DNA of 64,000 nucleotides from an uncultured Gemmatimonadaceae bacterium (GCA_963751275.1 CAVVTZ010000007.1:416001-480000), one strand, 5' to 3'. Positions 23,065-33,586 are shown, numbered from the stretch's first letter. Notes: generated by a model not told the origin, from the sequence alone. Numbers and translations are program-made.

Positions 23065-23520
23065 ATGCAAGCGCACAAGGTCATCCTCGGATCCGCCCTC
23101 GCGATCGCGATCGCTGCGTGCAGCAGCGGAGGCTCGTCCACCACGAACGCGCCAGCGCCTGCGGCCGCGGCTCCGGCGGCCGGAGCCAGCGCCGGCGCGG
23201 TCGCCAGCAGCGCGGGCGATACCACGGTCGCGACGGAGATCCTGGTGAACGTGATCAACAGCCATATCCCGCCCGCCGTGGTCACCGTGTGGGTCACGGG
23301 CCCGTCGGTCGGCCGCATCCTGCTGGGCGATGTCGCGATCAATCAGACGAAGGCCTTCACCTTCAAGGCCGGCAATCTGAACGGCAGCTACCGGCTCATC
23401 GCGCGGGCGGCGGGCGGCGCGGAACTGCCCTCGCAGCCCTTCAACCTCACGCCGACACTGCGGTTCGTGCAGTGGTCGCTCGACGTGAACTCCATCGTCC
23501 AGTACCAGACGCCGAAGTAG
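23065..23520 (+). CDS. Hypothetical lipoprotein
   Basis: GGAGG RBS; lipobox IAAC. Confidence 0.7.
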   Translation: MQAHKVILGSALAIAIAACSSGGSSTTNAPAPAAAAPAAGASAGAVASSAGDTTVATEILVNVINSHIPPAVVTVWVTGPSVGRILLGDVAINQTKAFTFKAGNLNGSYRLIARAAGGAELPSQPFNLTPTLRFVQWSLDVNSIVQYQTPK

Positions 23521-23521
23521 G

Positions 23522-24454
23522 TTGACGGCGGTCGTTCGCGGATCGATCTCGCTCGCCGCACTCGCGCTCCTGGGCGCGGGTGCGGCGGCGCAGGCGGCGC
23601 CGGCGTCGCCCGCGCCTCCGGCGCCCGTCATTCTGCTGCAGTCGGATTTCGGACTCCAGGACGGCGCGATCGCCGAGCTCAAGGGCGTCGCCTATACGGT
23701 GAGCCCCTCGATCCGGGTGGTGGACCTCACCCAGCTTATCCCCCCGTTCGACATTCTCGACGCCGCGTACCGTCTGCGCCAGGTGGCGCCGTTCTGGCCC
23801 GCCGGCACGGTCTTCGCGTCGATCGTCGATCCCGGCGTCGGCACGAAACGTCTTTCCGTGGTGATGCGCACGAAGACGGGCCAGTACTTCGTCACCCCCG
23901 ACAACGGGACGCTGACCTTCGTCGCCGAACTGCTCGGCGTCGATGAAGTGCGCGAGATCGACGAGAGCGTGAACCGCCGGCCCGGCTCCGAGTGGTCCGC
24001 CACCTTCCATGGACGAGACGTGTACATGTACACCGCCGCGCGCCTCGCCGCGGGCGTGATCAGTTTCGAGCAGGTGGGCCCATCGCGCGGCGTGTCCTAC
24101 GTCGCGCTGCCGGTCCCCGCGCCGCAACTCTCCTCGCACTCGGTGACGGGCACGGTCATCGCGCTCGACCAGCCGTACGGGAATCTGTGGACCAACATCG
24201 ATACGATGGCGGTGCACACGCTGGGCATGAAAGCCGGCGACCGCGTGCGCGTGCGGATCATGAAGGGCGCCACCGCCGTCTGGTCCGACGTGGTGCCCTT
24301 CGTGCGCACCTTCGGCGACGTCCCCGTGTCGAAGCCGCTGCTGTACGTGAACAGCCTCGACCGCCTCGCCCTCGCGCTGAACGAAGGCAACTTCTCGAAG
24401 CGCTATTCGATCGGATCGGGCACCGAGTGGACTCTCGAGATCGTGAAGCCCTAG
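23522..24454 (+). CDS. SAM hydroxide adenosyltransferase / chlorinase-fluorinase family (DUF62) with signal peptide
   Basis: SDFGLQDG, VDPGVGT, PDNGTL, TFHGRDVY, YGNLWTNI. Confidence 0.88.
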   Translation: MTAVVRGSISLAALALLGAGAAAQAAPASPAPPAPVILLQSDFGLQDGAIAELKGVAYTVSPSIRVVDLTQLIPPFDILDAAYRLRQVAPFWPAGTVFASIVDPGVGTKRLSVVMRTKTGQYFVTPDNGTLTFVAELLGVDEVREIDESVNRRPGSEWSATFHGRDVYMYTAARLAAGVISFEQVGPSRGVSYVALPVPAPQLSSHSVTGTVIALDQPYGNLWTNIDTMAVHTLGMKAGDRVRVRIMKGATAVWSDVVPFVRTFGDVPVSKPLLYVNSLDRLALALNEGNFSKRYSIGSGTEWTLEIVKP

Positions 24455-24493
24455 CGCCTTCGGCTGAATCGCGCGGGGCGGGATCTTCAACGA

Positions 24494-24558
24494 CAACCGC
24501 TTGCGCGCGGATCACACGGAAACGCGCGGAAGGCGCGTGATCCGCGTACAAGCAGTTG
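24494..24558. repeat. Imperfect hairpin with CAACYGC ends (possible terminator)
   Basis: CAACCGCTTGCGCGCGGATCAC ... GTGATCCGCGTACAAGCAGTTG. Confidence 0.6.
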
Positions 24559-24711
24559 CGGTGATCTCGACTCGCGACCGATGCCCGGTCGAACGCCCCG
24601 GAACTTGCCCCTCTCGCCGGTGTCCAAACGGTACGCATTGAACGTCCAGTTTATGGACAGATTTCCCGTCCGGAAAAACCCCAAGTCCTTGCTCGGAAGT
24701 AACTTGACCAA

Positions 24712-24727
24712 CGGCATGCAAGTCGCA
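24712..24727 (+). promoter_or_regulatory. Candidate sigma54 promoter
   Basis: CGGCATGCAAGTCGCA is GG-N10-GC. A GTCC-N7-GGAC palindrome lies upstream at 24643-24659. Confidence 0.45.
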
Positions 24728-24788
24728 TACGTACATAGGGTGAGGGCGGCATCCGCCGCTCGAACGTTGGTGTGAATCCGGAGGGTAT

Positions 24789-26324
24789 ATGATGCACACC
24801 GTCCTGCTCAGCCTGGTCGCCGCAGTCGCTCTCCCGAACAGCGCAGCTCCCGCCGCGCCGGCCGCTCCCGTTGTGGCCAGCGCCGAGCATCGCATGCGCT
24901 CCGGGGATCCCGTCATCAAGGTCTGGACCGACTGGGATCAGTACTCGCGCGGCGATAACGCCGACGTCCACGTCCGGACGCGCGAAGACGGCTACCTCAT
25001 CGTGATGCAGGCGGATGTCGACGGACGCGTGCGGGTGCTCTTCCCGCTCGATCCGACCGACGACGATTACGTGCGCGGCGGCAAGGACGTGAAGCTCCCC
25101 GGCCGGAACGGCAAGGGCACGTTCTACGTGGATGGCCCCGGCGGCATGGGCATGGTGTACGCCGCGATCTCCAGCGTGCCGTTCCGCTTCAACGATTTCG
25201 CGCAGAACGATCACTGGGACTACGGCGCGCTGTACGACAAGACGCTGGACAGCGACTTCGAGAACGGCTTCACCGTGCTGGTGAACAAGATGAGCACGGG
25301 CCACTTCGATTATGACGTCTATCGCTACGAGGTGCTCGCCCAGAGCTCGTACGCGGAGGCGCCGATCGCCTACGCCGGCCCCGCGGTCTACGGACCGTCG
25401 CCGTGCTGGGGCATCTACAACCCGTGGTGCTACGGTGGCCCGCTGCTCTATGGCGCGGGTCCCTACGCCTACGGCTATGGCGCGCCGTACTTCGGCTTCA
25501 GCTACGGGGTCGGCTATGGCTTCTCGATCGGGTTCGGCTTCGGCTGGGGCGGCTACGGCTACGGCGGCTGCTGCTATTACGGCGGCTATCCGGGCTATGG
25601 CTACGGCTATCCGGGCTACGGCTATGGTTACGGCTACCCGTACTATGGCTATCCGTACAATGGCTATGGCTACGCGTATCGACCGCCGTACACGTTCAAG
25701 CCTGGCAATCCCGCGGGCACCGGTGGCCCGGGCATTGGCTATCGTCCGCCGCTCACCGGCACGCCCGGCTCGATCGGGCACTTCACCGGCGGCACCGGCA
25801 CGCCATTCCGTCCGACCACCGGCACGCCCGGTGGATTCCTCGGTCCGGCGGTCGGTCCGCGCGGGCACGTGCCCGCCATTCACACCGGCTACACGCTTGG
25901 CGGCCGCGCGCCGGCGTTGCACACGCCGGGCTCCGAACCGCGGCACACGACCACCGAGTTGCCGACGATCATCGGACACCGGACGCCCACCGGACCTAGC
26001 GGCACGCAGGGGGCCGCGCGTCCGCAGCATTACCAGGGTCCGCCGCGCTATGTGCCGGGACGCAATGCTCCGGCGCCGCGTGGTGGTCAGCCGGCAGCCG
26101 CGCCGCGTGGCGCGCCGTCCGGTCCGAGCGGAGCGCCGCGTTCGGGCGGCGCACCGCCCGCGCACTACAGCGCGCCGCGCGGCGGCGGGTACAGCGCACC
26201 GGCTCCGCGTCCGAGCGGCGGCTCGGCTCCGCACCCGAGCGGCGGCGGATCGGCTCCGCACCCGAGTGGCGGCGGATCGGCTCCGCATCCCAGCGGCGGC
26301 GGGTTCGCGCACCGCGTCCATTAA
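24789..26324 (+). CDS. Secreted DUF4384-like protein with Gly/Tyr-rich and Pro/Gly-rich low-complexity tail
   Basis: Signal peptide; DGYLIVMQADVDGRVRVLFP; GYGYG repeats; PSGGGSAPH tandem repeats. Confidence 0.75.
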   Translation: MMHTVLLSLVAAVALPNSAAPAAPAAPVVASAEHRMRSGDPVIKVWTDWDQYSRGDNADVHVRTREDGYLIVMQADVDGRVRVLFPLDPTDDDYVRGGKDVKLPGRNGKGTFYVDGPGGMGMVYAAISSVPFRFNDFAQNDHWDYGALYDKTLDSDFENGFTVLVNKMSTGHFDYDVYRYEVLAQSSYAEAPIAYAGPAVYGPSPCWGIYNPWCYGGPLLYGAGPYAYGYGAPYFGFSYGVGYGFSIGFGFGWGGYGYGGCCYYGGYPGYGYGYPGYGYGYGYPYYGYPYNGYGYAYRPPYTFKPGNPAGTGGPGIGYRPPLTGTPGSIGHFTGGTGTPFRPTTGTPGGFLGPAVGPRGHVPAIHTGYTLGGRAPALHTPGSEPRHTTTELPTIIGHRTPTGPSGTQGAARPQHYQGPPRYVPGRNAPAPRGGQPAAAPRGAPSGPSGAPRSGGAPPAHYSAPRGGGYSAPAPRPSGGSAPHPSGGGSAPHPSGGGSAPHPSGGGFAHRVH

Positions 26325-26330
26325 CGGACG

Positions 26331-27044
26331 TTGGCCGGATTCGCCGGATTCCGTCCGGCCGCTCTGAGATTCTTCCGCTCGCTCAAGCGGCACAATGAGC
26401 GAGCGTGGTTCGAGGAGCATCGCGCCACATGGGAGCAGGAAGTGCTCGGCCCCATGCGCGACTTCGTCGAGGAGATGGATGACCGGCTGGCGCGCATCGC
26501 CCCTGAGATCTGCGGCGATGCGCGCCGGTCGATCTTCCGCATCTACCGCGACGTCCGCTTCTCCCACGACAAGCGTCCATACAAGACGCACGCCGCCTGC
26601 TGGTTCTACCACCGCGATTCCGACGCGAAGGTGGGTCACGATGGCGGCGGCGCCGGATTCTATTTCCATCTCGAGCCGGGCGGCGGCGAGATCGGCGGCG
26701 GACTCTGGCGTCCCGGCCCGCCGGTGCTCAGGAAGCTCCGCGACGCGATCGCGGCCGATCCCAAAGGCTTCGCGCGCGCCGCCGATTCGCCGTCGATGCG
26801 GCGGCGCTACGGCGGGATCTCCACGAACTACGTGCTCACCCGCCTGCCGCGCGGCTTCGACGCGTCGCATCCCGCCGCGAAGTGGCTGCGCTACCAGTCG
26901 TTCACCGCGGGGCGCACGATGACGGATTCCGAGATGATCCGCCCCGACCTCGCGAAGCGGGTGGCGCTCGAGTACGCCGCGGTGCTCCCGCTCGTGCGGT
27001 GGCTCAACGCCGCGGTGGGCCTGCCGCCCGCGACGCGCCGCTGA
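26331..27044 (+). CDS. DUF2461 (TIGR02453) family protein
   Basis: HNERAWFEEHR, IFRIYRDVRFSHDKRPYKT, GFYFHLEPG. Confidence 0.88.
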   Translation: MAGFAGFRPAALRFFRSLKRHNERAWFEEHRATWEQEVLGPMRDFVEEMDDRLARIAPEICGDARRSIFRIYRDVRFSHDKRPYKTHAACWFYHRDSDAKVGHDGGGAGFYFHLEPGGGEIGGGLWRPGPPVLRKLRDAIAADPKGFARAADSPSMRRRYGGISTNYVLTRLPRGFDASHPAAKWLRYQSFTAGRTMTDSEMIRPDLAKRVALEYAAVLPLVRWLNAAVGLPPATRR

Positions 27045-27047
27045 CGA

Positions 27048-27827
27048 TCAGCGCTCCCCGCGCCGCGCCTCGATGATCTCGCCGGGATCGTTGCTGATGA
27101 TCCCGGTCACGCCGAGCTCCCACAACGCGATCGCATCGGCGGGCCGGTCCACGGTCCAGATGTGCACCGGCACGCCGCGCCGCTTCGCATAGCGCGCGAT
27201 GGCGCGCAGCGGCAGCGGAATGCGGTGCCAGCTCGGCGGGATCGACAACACCTCGTATCGCTCTTTGCCGGCCGGCACGCCGAGCAGCACATGCGCGAGC
27301 AGCCGCTGTACCTCGGCTTGCGAAGCGGTGACGTGCCAGAGCGGCGTGCGGAACGGCTCGAGCGCCGCGCGGTCGAACGATCCGATGACGCAGCGGTCCT
27401 CCGCGTGGTGCGCGGCGAGCAGACGCCGCAGCTCGGCGCTCGCGCCGGCGGTCTTCAGTTCGATGAGCAGCGGCGTGGAGGGGAATCGCGCGAGCACCTC
27501 CTCGATCACGGGCACGCGAATGCCCTGGCCGCGGTAGGGGAACGTGCGGCCGTCGGGGGTGAAGCGCGCGCCCGCATCGGCCGCCTGGATCTCGGCGAGC
27601 GTGAGCGCCGCGACCGCGCCCTGCCGGTCGGTCGTGCGATCGATCAGCGGATCGTGGATCACCACGACGCGGCCGTCCGCCGAGCGGTGGACGTCGAGTT
27701 CGAGCGCATCGACGCCGGCGGCGACGGCGAGTTCGAACGAAGGGAGCGTGTTCTCCGGCGCGCGGAGGGCGGCGCCGCGATGACCGATCACGATCCGGGC
27801 GCCGGTCGCGAGCAGCGCCGGGGTCAT
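27048..27827 (-). CDS. Glycerophosphodiester phosphodiesterase
   Basis: GHRGA, PENTL, ELDV, IHD, IELK, WTVD. Confidence 0.9.
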   Translation of the reverse strand: MTPALLATGARIVIGHRGAALRAPENTLPSFELAVAAGVDALELDVHRSADGRVVVIHDPLIDRTTDRQGAVAALTLAEIQAADAGARFTPDGRTFPYRGQGIRVPVIEEVLARFPSTPLLIELKTAGASAELRRLLAAHHAEDRCVIGSFDRAALEPFRTPLWHVTASQAEVQRLLAHVLLGVPAGKERYEVLSIPPSWHRIPLPLRAIARYAKRRGVPVHIWTVDRPADAIALWELGVTGIISNDPGEIIEARRGER

Positions 27828-27831
27828 GGCC

Positions 27832-29008
27832 TCACGGCGTGGCGGACGGCGGCTTCGCGGCGGGAGTGGTCACGTCTTCCGGCGGCTTGACCACGGTCGC
27901 GCTGAGCAGCGAGCCGCCGTCTTCGTGGTAGTACGCGACGTGATGCCCGCCCGTGATGTAGCGCGCGTCGCCCATGCCGGCGGAATTCAGATTGCCGGAG
28001 GACATGATGGGCATCCGTACCGACCACTTGCGCACCACCCAGACGCCGCCGGGGAGCAGCTCGAAATCCATGCGCCCGCCGTAGCGGCGCGGCGAGACCT
28101 CCGCGAACAGATTCGTGTGACGGAATTCCATGTACCGGAGCGCGGCGGTCGCGGAGTCGAGCCACAGCGTGCCGGTCACATCCGGCGCGCTGCGCTTGAG
28201 CGCGGGCTCGAACGTGAGACCGACGAGCCCGGGGTGATCCGTGTCGAGCGAGTCGTGCCGCACCCGAAAGCAGTGCGTGCGAGCGAAGGCATCGGAGAGC
28301 AGGACGTTCGCGTCGGGCACCGCGAACACCGTGTCGCCGGACTCGAAGAATCCGGGCACCGGCTCGCCGGTGTACACCACGCGATAGCCTGAATTTCGCG
28401 AGATCCTCCGGCGACACCCCGGTCTGCCAGGGGTGCTCCAGCAGCACGGAATCGACGAGCACCTTCTCCTGGCGGACGATGAGGCTCGTGCCGTCGAGGA
28501 ACCGCGTGTAGCGCTGCCGCACCGCGAACACGAGCCGGCCCTCGAGCGCCACCTGCGTCGCGTCCAGCACCTTGCGCGCCTCTTCCCAGAGGATTGCGGT
28601 CTGCGCGCCCTCGGTGGGGCGGATGACGCAGCGCGACGACGAGCTCACGAACACGGTGGGAAGGACCACCGCCACCGATGTCGCGGTGAGGTGCGCGACG
28701 ACCGACGCGCCCGGTGCGACGGCGATCGTGTCGAATCCGTTCGCCGCGAAGCCGATGCGCTCGGCGCGCAGCCGGTACGCCCCGGCGGCGCTCAGCCTTA
28801 TCGCGAAGCGGCCGGAATCGTCACTGATCGCGCCGGCCACGCGCGTACCCGATGTGTCGAGCACAACGATGATCGCACCGAAGATCGGCGCGTGCGACGC
28901 GGCATCCGTCACGTCGCCGCGAACCACCTGCGACAATGCCGGGGACGCGACGGCGGCCGCCGCGACCACGGCGCCGGCGATCGTCGATCGAACGAGATGA
29001 TGTCGCAT
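27832..29008 (-). CDS. Carboxypeptidase regulatory-like domain protein (+1 frameshift near 28394)
   Basis: VRGDVTDAASHAPI..GRFAI..YRLRAERIGF; continues in ORF 27832..28380 (PDANVLLSDAFARTHCF). Confidence 0.72.
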
Positions 29009-29173
29009 GCACCCCGGTCCTGAAGAGCGTCTCCTTGGTACTATACCCCGGAGACCGCGGTTCGCCAGTTGGACGCCGGACATCGGGCCTGTCCGCCGCG
29101 CCCCGTGCATCGTAGAATGGACGCGGCGCAGCCCCTTCCGCGCGCCCATCTCTTTGACACGCCGGAGGCGCAA

Positions 29174-29734
29174 ATGGTCAACATGTACCAGTTGTGGATG
29201 CCGATCGTGCTGTCGTCGATCCTCGTGTTCATCATGAGTTCGCTGATCTGGATGGCGCTCAAGTATCACAAGAACGACATCGCCGGCCTGCCGGACGAGC
29301 CTTCAGTCCTCGACGCGATCCGGAAGCAGAAGCTCGCGCCGGGCCAGTACGCCTTTCCGTGGCACGCGGACATGGCGGCGATGAAATCGCCCGAATTCCA
29401 GAAGAAGATGACGGAGGGCCCGGTGGGAATGGTCACGATCCGGGCGCCGGGCAACGCCGGCATGGGCCCGATGCTCGGCAAGTGGTTCGTGTACCTGCTC
29501 GTGATCTCGAGCGTGGTCGCGTACGTCACCGGGCGCACGCTCACGGCGGGCGTCTCATACCTCGTGGTGTTCCGCGTGGCCGGCACGGTGGCGTTCCTCG
29601 GCTACGGCGGTGCGCACGCGATGTACGCCATCTTCTGGGGGCGCCCGTGGAGCGTCGTCTGGCGGGATATCTTCGATTCGTTCGTGTACGGCTGTCTGAC
29701 GGCCGGCGCGTTCGGCTGGCTCTGGCCGCGCTGA
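29174..29734 (+). CDS. Hypothetical membrane protein
   Basis: GGAGG RBS; four TM helices; ends FGWLWPR. Confidence 0.75.
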   Translation: MVNMYQLWMPIVLSSILVFIMSSLIWMALKYHKNDIAGLPDEPSVLDAIRKQKLAPGQYAFPWHADMAAMKSPEFQKKMTEGPVGMVTIRAPGNAGMGPMLGKWFVYLLVISSVVAYVTGRTLTAGVSYLVVFRVAGTVAFLGYGGAHAMYAIFWGRPWSVVWRDIFDSFVYGCLTAGAFGWLWPR

Positions 29735-29738
29735 TCCG

Positions 29739-30401
29739 ATGAAGGAGCTGCGCCCGTCGCATCGCGAACGGGATATCCATGAGACCCGGGCGATCGCGAC
29801 GGGCGCGGCCATCGCGGTGTTGATGGTGCCGCTGCTCGCCTTTGAAGGACCGCACATGTGGGGGATCACGGGATGGTCGCTGCTGTTCTTCGTGCTGTTC
29901 GGCGCCGGCGGCACCGGCGCGCTGGCGACGGTCGCGATCATCACCGGGCTCCGCCAGACTGTCCGCGCCGCGAACGTGCTGTACAACCCGTCCGGATCCA
30001 CCACGCCGTACGAGCGCGTCTACTCGTATCAGCACGCGCTGGAGATGCGCGGCGACATCGCCGGCGCGATGGAGAGCTGGGAGGCGCTCATCAAGGAATC
30101 GCCGGGCGACGCCGCGGTGCGGTTCGCTGCCGCCGCGCTCTTCGCCGGCCGCGGCAAGAACCCCGCGCGCGCCGCTGAACTCTACCGCGAGATACGGCAG
30201 CTGCCGGGCGCGACCGTGCAGCACGAGTTCGGCGCGACGAACGCGCTGATCGATCTGTATCGTGGACCGCTGAAGGACGAGGGGCGTGAGCGCAGCGAGC
30301 TGCGCCGGTTCGCCGAGCGATTCCGCGGCACGCCGCAGGGGGAACTGGCCCGCCGCGCGCTCGAGGAATCGCGGGCCACGGCGGACGGCGCGTCCACGTG
30401 A
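29739..30401 (+). CDS. Hypothetical membrane protein with TPR-like helical region
   Basis: Two TM helices then helical repeats; operonic spacing. Confidence 0.6.
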   Translation: MKELRPSHRERDIHETRAIATGAAIAVLMVPLLAFEGPHMWGITGWSLLFFVLFGAGGTGALATVAIITGLRQTVRAANVLYNPSGSTTPYERVYSYQHALEMRGDIAGAMESWEALIKESPGDAAVRFAAAALFAGRGKNPARAAELYREIRQLPGATVQHEFGATNALIDLYRGPLKDEGRERSELRRFAERFRGTPQGELARRALEESRATADGAST

Positions 30402-31474
30402 GGCGCGCGGCGGCGCTCGCGGCCGTGGCCGTGCTCGTGGGCGCGGCGGCATCCCGCGCGCAGGAGTGGCAGGATTCGGCCACCGTGGTGCGCGTCTGCG
30501 CCGGCGGCGATGTGACGCTCGGCGTGAATGGCGACACCACCATCAAGAACGGCAAGCGCATTCCGCCGCGCGTGTGGCCGGCGCCGCCGGCGCTGGTCGC
30601 GCCCCTCGCGCCGTTGTTCGCCGACGCCGACATCGTGTTGCTGAACGCCGAAGGCGCGATCGGCGACAGCGCCGCCACCAAGTGCGTGACGGGCTCGAAG
30701 AACTGCTTCGCCATGCGGATGCCCGCGAGCGCGGCGCCGGCGCTGCGCGCGGTGAACGAACGGGCCGTGGTGGTCGCGAACGTCGCGAACAATCACGCAC
30801 ACGACGCGGGGGACGATGGCTTCGCGCACACACTGCGGCTCCTCGATTCCGCCGGCGTGCGCGTGACCGGCGCCGACAGCGAACCGACGATCGTCGTGAC
30901 GCGGCAGGGCGACAGCGTCGCGATCCTCGGCTTCGCGGCCTCGCCGCCGATGGATGTGCGCGATCTCGATCTCGTGCGCCGCCTGGTCGCGCGCGCCGCC
31001 GCGATCACGCCGCGCGTGGTGGTGACGATGCACCTGGGCGCGGAGGGGCCGAAGGCGCAGCGCACGAGCGACCAGAACGAGAAGTTCGTGGGCGAGGAGC
31101 GCGGCGACCCCGTGGCGTTCGCGCGCGCGGCGGTGGAGAGCGGGGCGCTGCTCGTGATCGGCCACGGCCCGCATGTGGTGCGCGGGATGCAGCGGATGGG
31201 CGCGGGGTCGCTGGTGTTCTACTCGCTGGGGAATCTCGTGAACGCCGGGCCCTTCTCGATGAAGCCTCCCAACGACCGCGGCGTCATCGTGTGCGCGGAT
31301 GTCGCTCCGCGCGCAGTACTCGGCGCGACACTTCGGCCTACGCGCCAACGCGAGCAGGGGATCGTGTCGCCCGACTTATCGGGGCGCACGATCGCCTTGA
31401 TGGATTCCCTGAGCCACTTGGATTTTCGGGATTCGACGCTGAAGCTCCGTGTCGAGGCGGTTTGGGTGCCGTAG
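30398..31474 (+). CDS. CapA family metallophosphoesterase-like protein
   Basis: GGDVTLG, LNAEG, ANNHAHD, MHLGAE, GHGPHV, YSLGN. Confidence 0.88.
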   Translation: MRRAAALAAVAVLVGAAASRAQEWQDSATVVRVCAGGDVTLGVNGDTTIKNGKRIPPRVWPAPPALVAPLAPLFADADIVLLNAEGAIGDSAATKCVTGSKNCFAMRMPASAAPALRAVNERAVVVANVANNHAHDAGDDGFAHTLRLLDSAGVRVTGADSEPTIVVTRQGDSVAILGFAASPPMDVRDLDLVRRLVARAAAITPRVVVTMHLGAEGPKAQRTSDQNEKFVGEERGDPVAFARAAVESGALLVIGHGPHVVRGMQRMGAGSLVFYSLGNLVNAGPFSMKPPNDRGVIVCADVAPRAVLGATLRPTRQREQGIVSPDLSGRTIALMDSLSHLDFRDSTLKLRVEAVWVP

Positions 31475-31610
31475 AGCAACTGCTTTGACAGGATTACAGG
31501 ATGAACAGGATCACTGCTGATAACAGCCTGAGGCGCGACCGCCTCAGGCTGTTATCAGCAGTGATCCTGTTCATCCTGTAATCCTGTCAAAGCCGTTGCT
31601 GTTGCTCTAC
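31471..31610. repeat. Long hairpin (GACAGGAT family)
   Basis: 54-bp perfect arms (31482-31535 / 31540-31593) with a 4-nt loop, plus outer GTAGAGCAAC/GTTGCTCTAC. Confidence 0.93.
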
Positions 31611-31649
31611 CCGAAACGCGCGCCGTCGCCCCGAGCGGCATCGGTACCG

Positions 31650-32255
31650 CTATTCGATCGTCGTGGTGCCCGACGGCTGTATGGGGAGCGAGAGCGACAG
31701 CGCGGCCGAGTCCGCGGGAACGAGTCGCCGCACACCCTGCCACGGCCGGATCCCCGGCGCCGGCGCGCGGAGCAAGTTGGTCTCGACGACCTTCCGCGCC
31801 TTCGAACTCGCTTGTATGAACCGGCCGTTCCCGATGTAGATCCCGATGTGCGTCACCTTCTTGCCCTTGCCGAAGGTGAGCAGATCGCCGGGGAGCAGCT
31901 GCGCGGTGTCCTTGGGGACCTCGGTGCCCACCTTCGCTTGCTCGGCGGCGGTGCGGGGGACGGTCAGGTTCAGTCCGGTGAGGACATACGCCACGAGACC
32001 CGAGCAATCGAAGCCCTTCTTGGGCGTTTCGCCGCCGCGGCGGTATCGCTTGCCGAGTTGGGCGCGTGCGTGCGCGACCAGGGAATCGCGGAGGTCCAGC
32101 GCCGATGCGCTGAGTGCGGCGAGAGGCGCCTGGGGCACGAAGGCGGCCGCCTCCTGAGTCTCCTGTTGGGCGCGCGCGACCCTTGGCACCATCGCGACAG
32201 CGACGGTGACAAGCGCCAGGAGCAGCGCAAGGGATCGGATTCGGGCGGCCGTCAT
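31650..32255 (-). CDS. NlpC/P60 (C40) peptidase
   Basis: Signal peptide; GFDCSGL, PGDLLTF, HIGIYIG. Confidence 0.9.
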   Translation of the reverse strand: MTAARIRSLALLLALVTVAVAMVPRVARAQQETQEAAAFVPQAPLAALSASALDLRDSLVAHARAQLGKRYRRGGETPKKGFDCSGLVAYVLTGLNLTVPRTAAEQAKVGTEVPKDTAQLLPGDLLTFGKGKKVTHIGIYIGNGRFIQASSKARKVVETNLLRAPAPGIRPWQGVRRLVPADSAALSLSLPIQPSGTTTIE

Positions 32256-32394
32256 ATCTGGATTAGAAAATAGGCCCGGGGGCACACCCAGTCAATCAAA
32301 ATCATTGCCCGAATCATCAATTTAACACCATGATTTCATTGACTTTAAGTCACGACAGAACGGCAGGCCGCGAAAAGCGTTATCTTTCAGCCAT

Positions 32395-32658
32395 ATGTTG
32401 GCCATCCTAGCTGAGGGCGGGTTGTTCGTCGCGGCGATCGCGGCGTTCGCCGCCCTCTTTTTCATCGCACTCAAGCGGTATACGCCCCTCGGGCTCCGGC
32501 TCCAGCAACGGGAGAACCGGAAACGCATCGAGCGGGAGGCTGAAAGCGTTTGTGCCATTCACGGCCGGCACGAAGAACACGAGCTCGTCCGCCTCGCAAG
32601 CGGCGAACGGATCTGTCCCGACTGCTTCAGGGAAGCGGTGCGGGACACGCTCGGGTAG
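32395..32658 (+). CDS. Small membrane protein with CxxH/CxxC motif
   Basis: N-terminal TM helix; CAIH...CPDC. Confidence 0.6.
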   Translation: MLAILAEGGLFVAAIAAFAALFFIALKRYTPLGLRLQQRENRKRIEREAESVCAIHGRHEEHELVRLASGERICPDCFREAVRDTLG

Positions 32659-32682
32659 CGAACGAACCGGAGGATCGACCAC

Positions 32683-33579
32683 ATGGAATCGGAACGCGGC
32701 GCGTACGGCGCGGGGCGGATGAAGCTGATCGCGGTGGGAGTCGGGGTGCTGGCCCTTTTCATCCTGCTGAAGACGATGATCGTGTACATCAGCCCGGGGC
32801 ACGTGGGCATCGTGATCAACCGGACCGCCGGCGGGGTCAACCCGGTGGCGCTCAATCCCGGGCTGCACCTGCGCAATCCGCTGACGACGGGGATCATGGA
32901 GTACCCGACGTTCATGCAGACGCTCGTGCTGACCAGGACGACCAACGAGGGCGCGGCCTACAACGAGGAGATCAACGTGAACAGCGTGGAGGGCCAGCCG
33001 CTCTCGCTGGACATCTCCATGTCGTTCAAGCTCGATCCGCTGAAAGTGCCGTTCCTCTACACGACGTTCCGCACCGACGTGGTGGCGATCGAGCACAGCT
33101 ACGTGAAGCAGGCCGTCCGGCAGGCGTTGCAGGAAGTCGTGGGCAACGAGCCGATCGCGGACGTGATCGGACCGAAGAAGGCGGAGGCGACGTCGCGGGT
33201 GTTCGCGCTGCTCGAGAAGCGGCTGCAGGACTACGGCATCCTGGTGGAGCAGTTCACGATCAATGAACTGCGCGCGCCGCCGGCGGTGATCGAGGCCATC
33301 AACCAAAAGAACGTGATGCAACAGCAGGCGCTGACGGCGGAGAACGAGCTGCAGAAGAACAAGTTCCAGGCGCAGGGCGACTCGATCAAGGCGATGGGCC
33401 GCGCGAAGGCCATCATCGCGGAAGCCGAGGCGCAGGCGCGCGCGAACCGGCTGCTGGCGGAGAGCATCACGCCCACGCTGGTGCAGTACGAGCTCGCGAT
33501 GAAGTGGAACGGGCAGATGCCCCAGGTATCGGGGGGCGCAATGCCGCTGATCCAGCTGCCGATGGGTGCTAAACCCTAA
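32683..33579 (+). CDS. SPFH/prohibitin family protein
   Basis: PGHVGIV, coiled-coil AEAEAQARAN, KWNGQMPQV. Confidence 0.88.
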   Translation: MESERGAYGAGRMKLIAVGVGVLALFILLKTMIVYISPGHVGIVINRTAGGVNPVALNPGLHLRNPLTTGIMEYPTFMQTLVLTRTTNEGAAYNEEINVNSVEGQPLSLDISMSFKLDPLKVPFLYTTFRTDVVAIEHSYVKQAVRQALQEVVGNEPIADVIGPKKAEATSRVFALLEKRLQDYGILVEQFTINELRAPPAVIEAINQKNVMQQQALTAENELQKNKFQAQGDSIKAMGRAKAIIAEAEAQARANRLLAESITPTLVQYELAMKWNGQMPQVSGGAMPLIQLPMGAKP

Positions 33580-33586
33580 CAACGTT

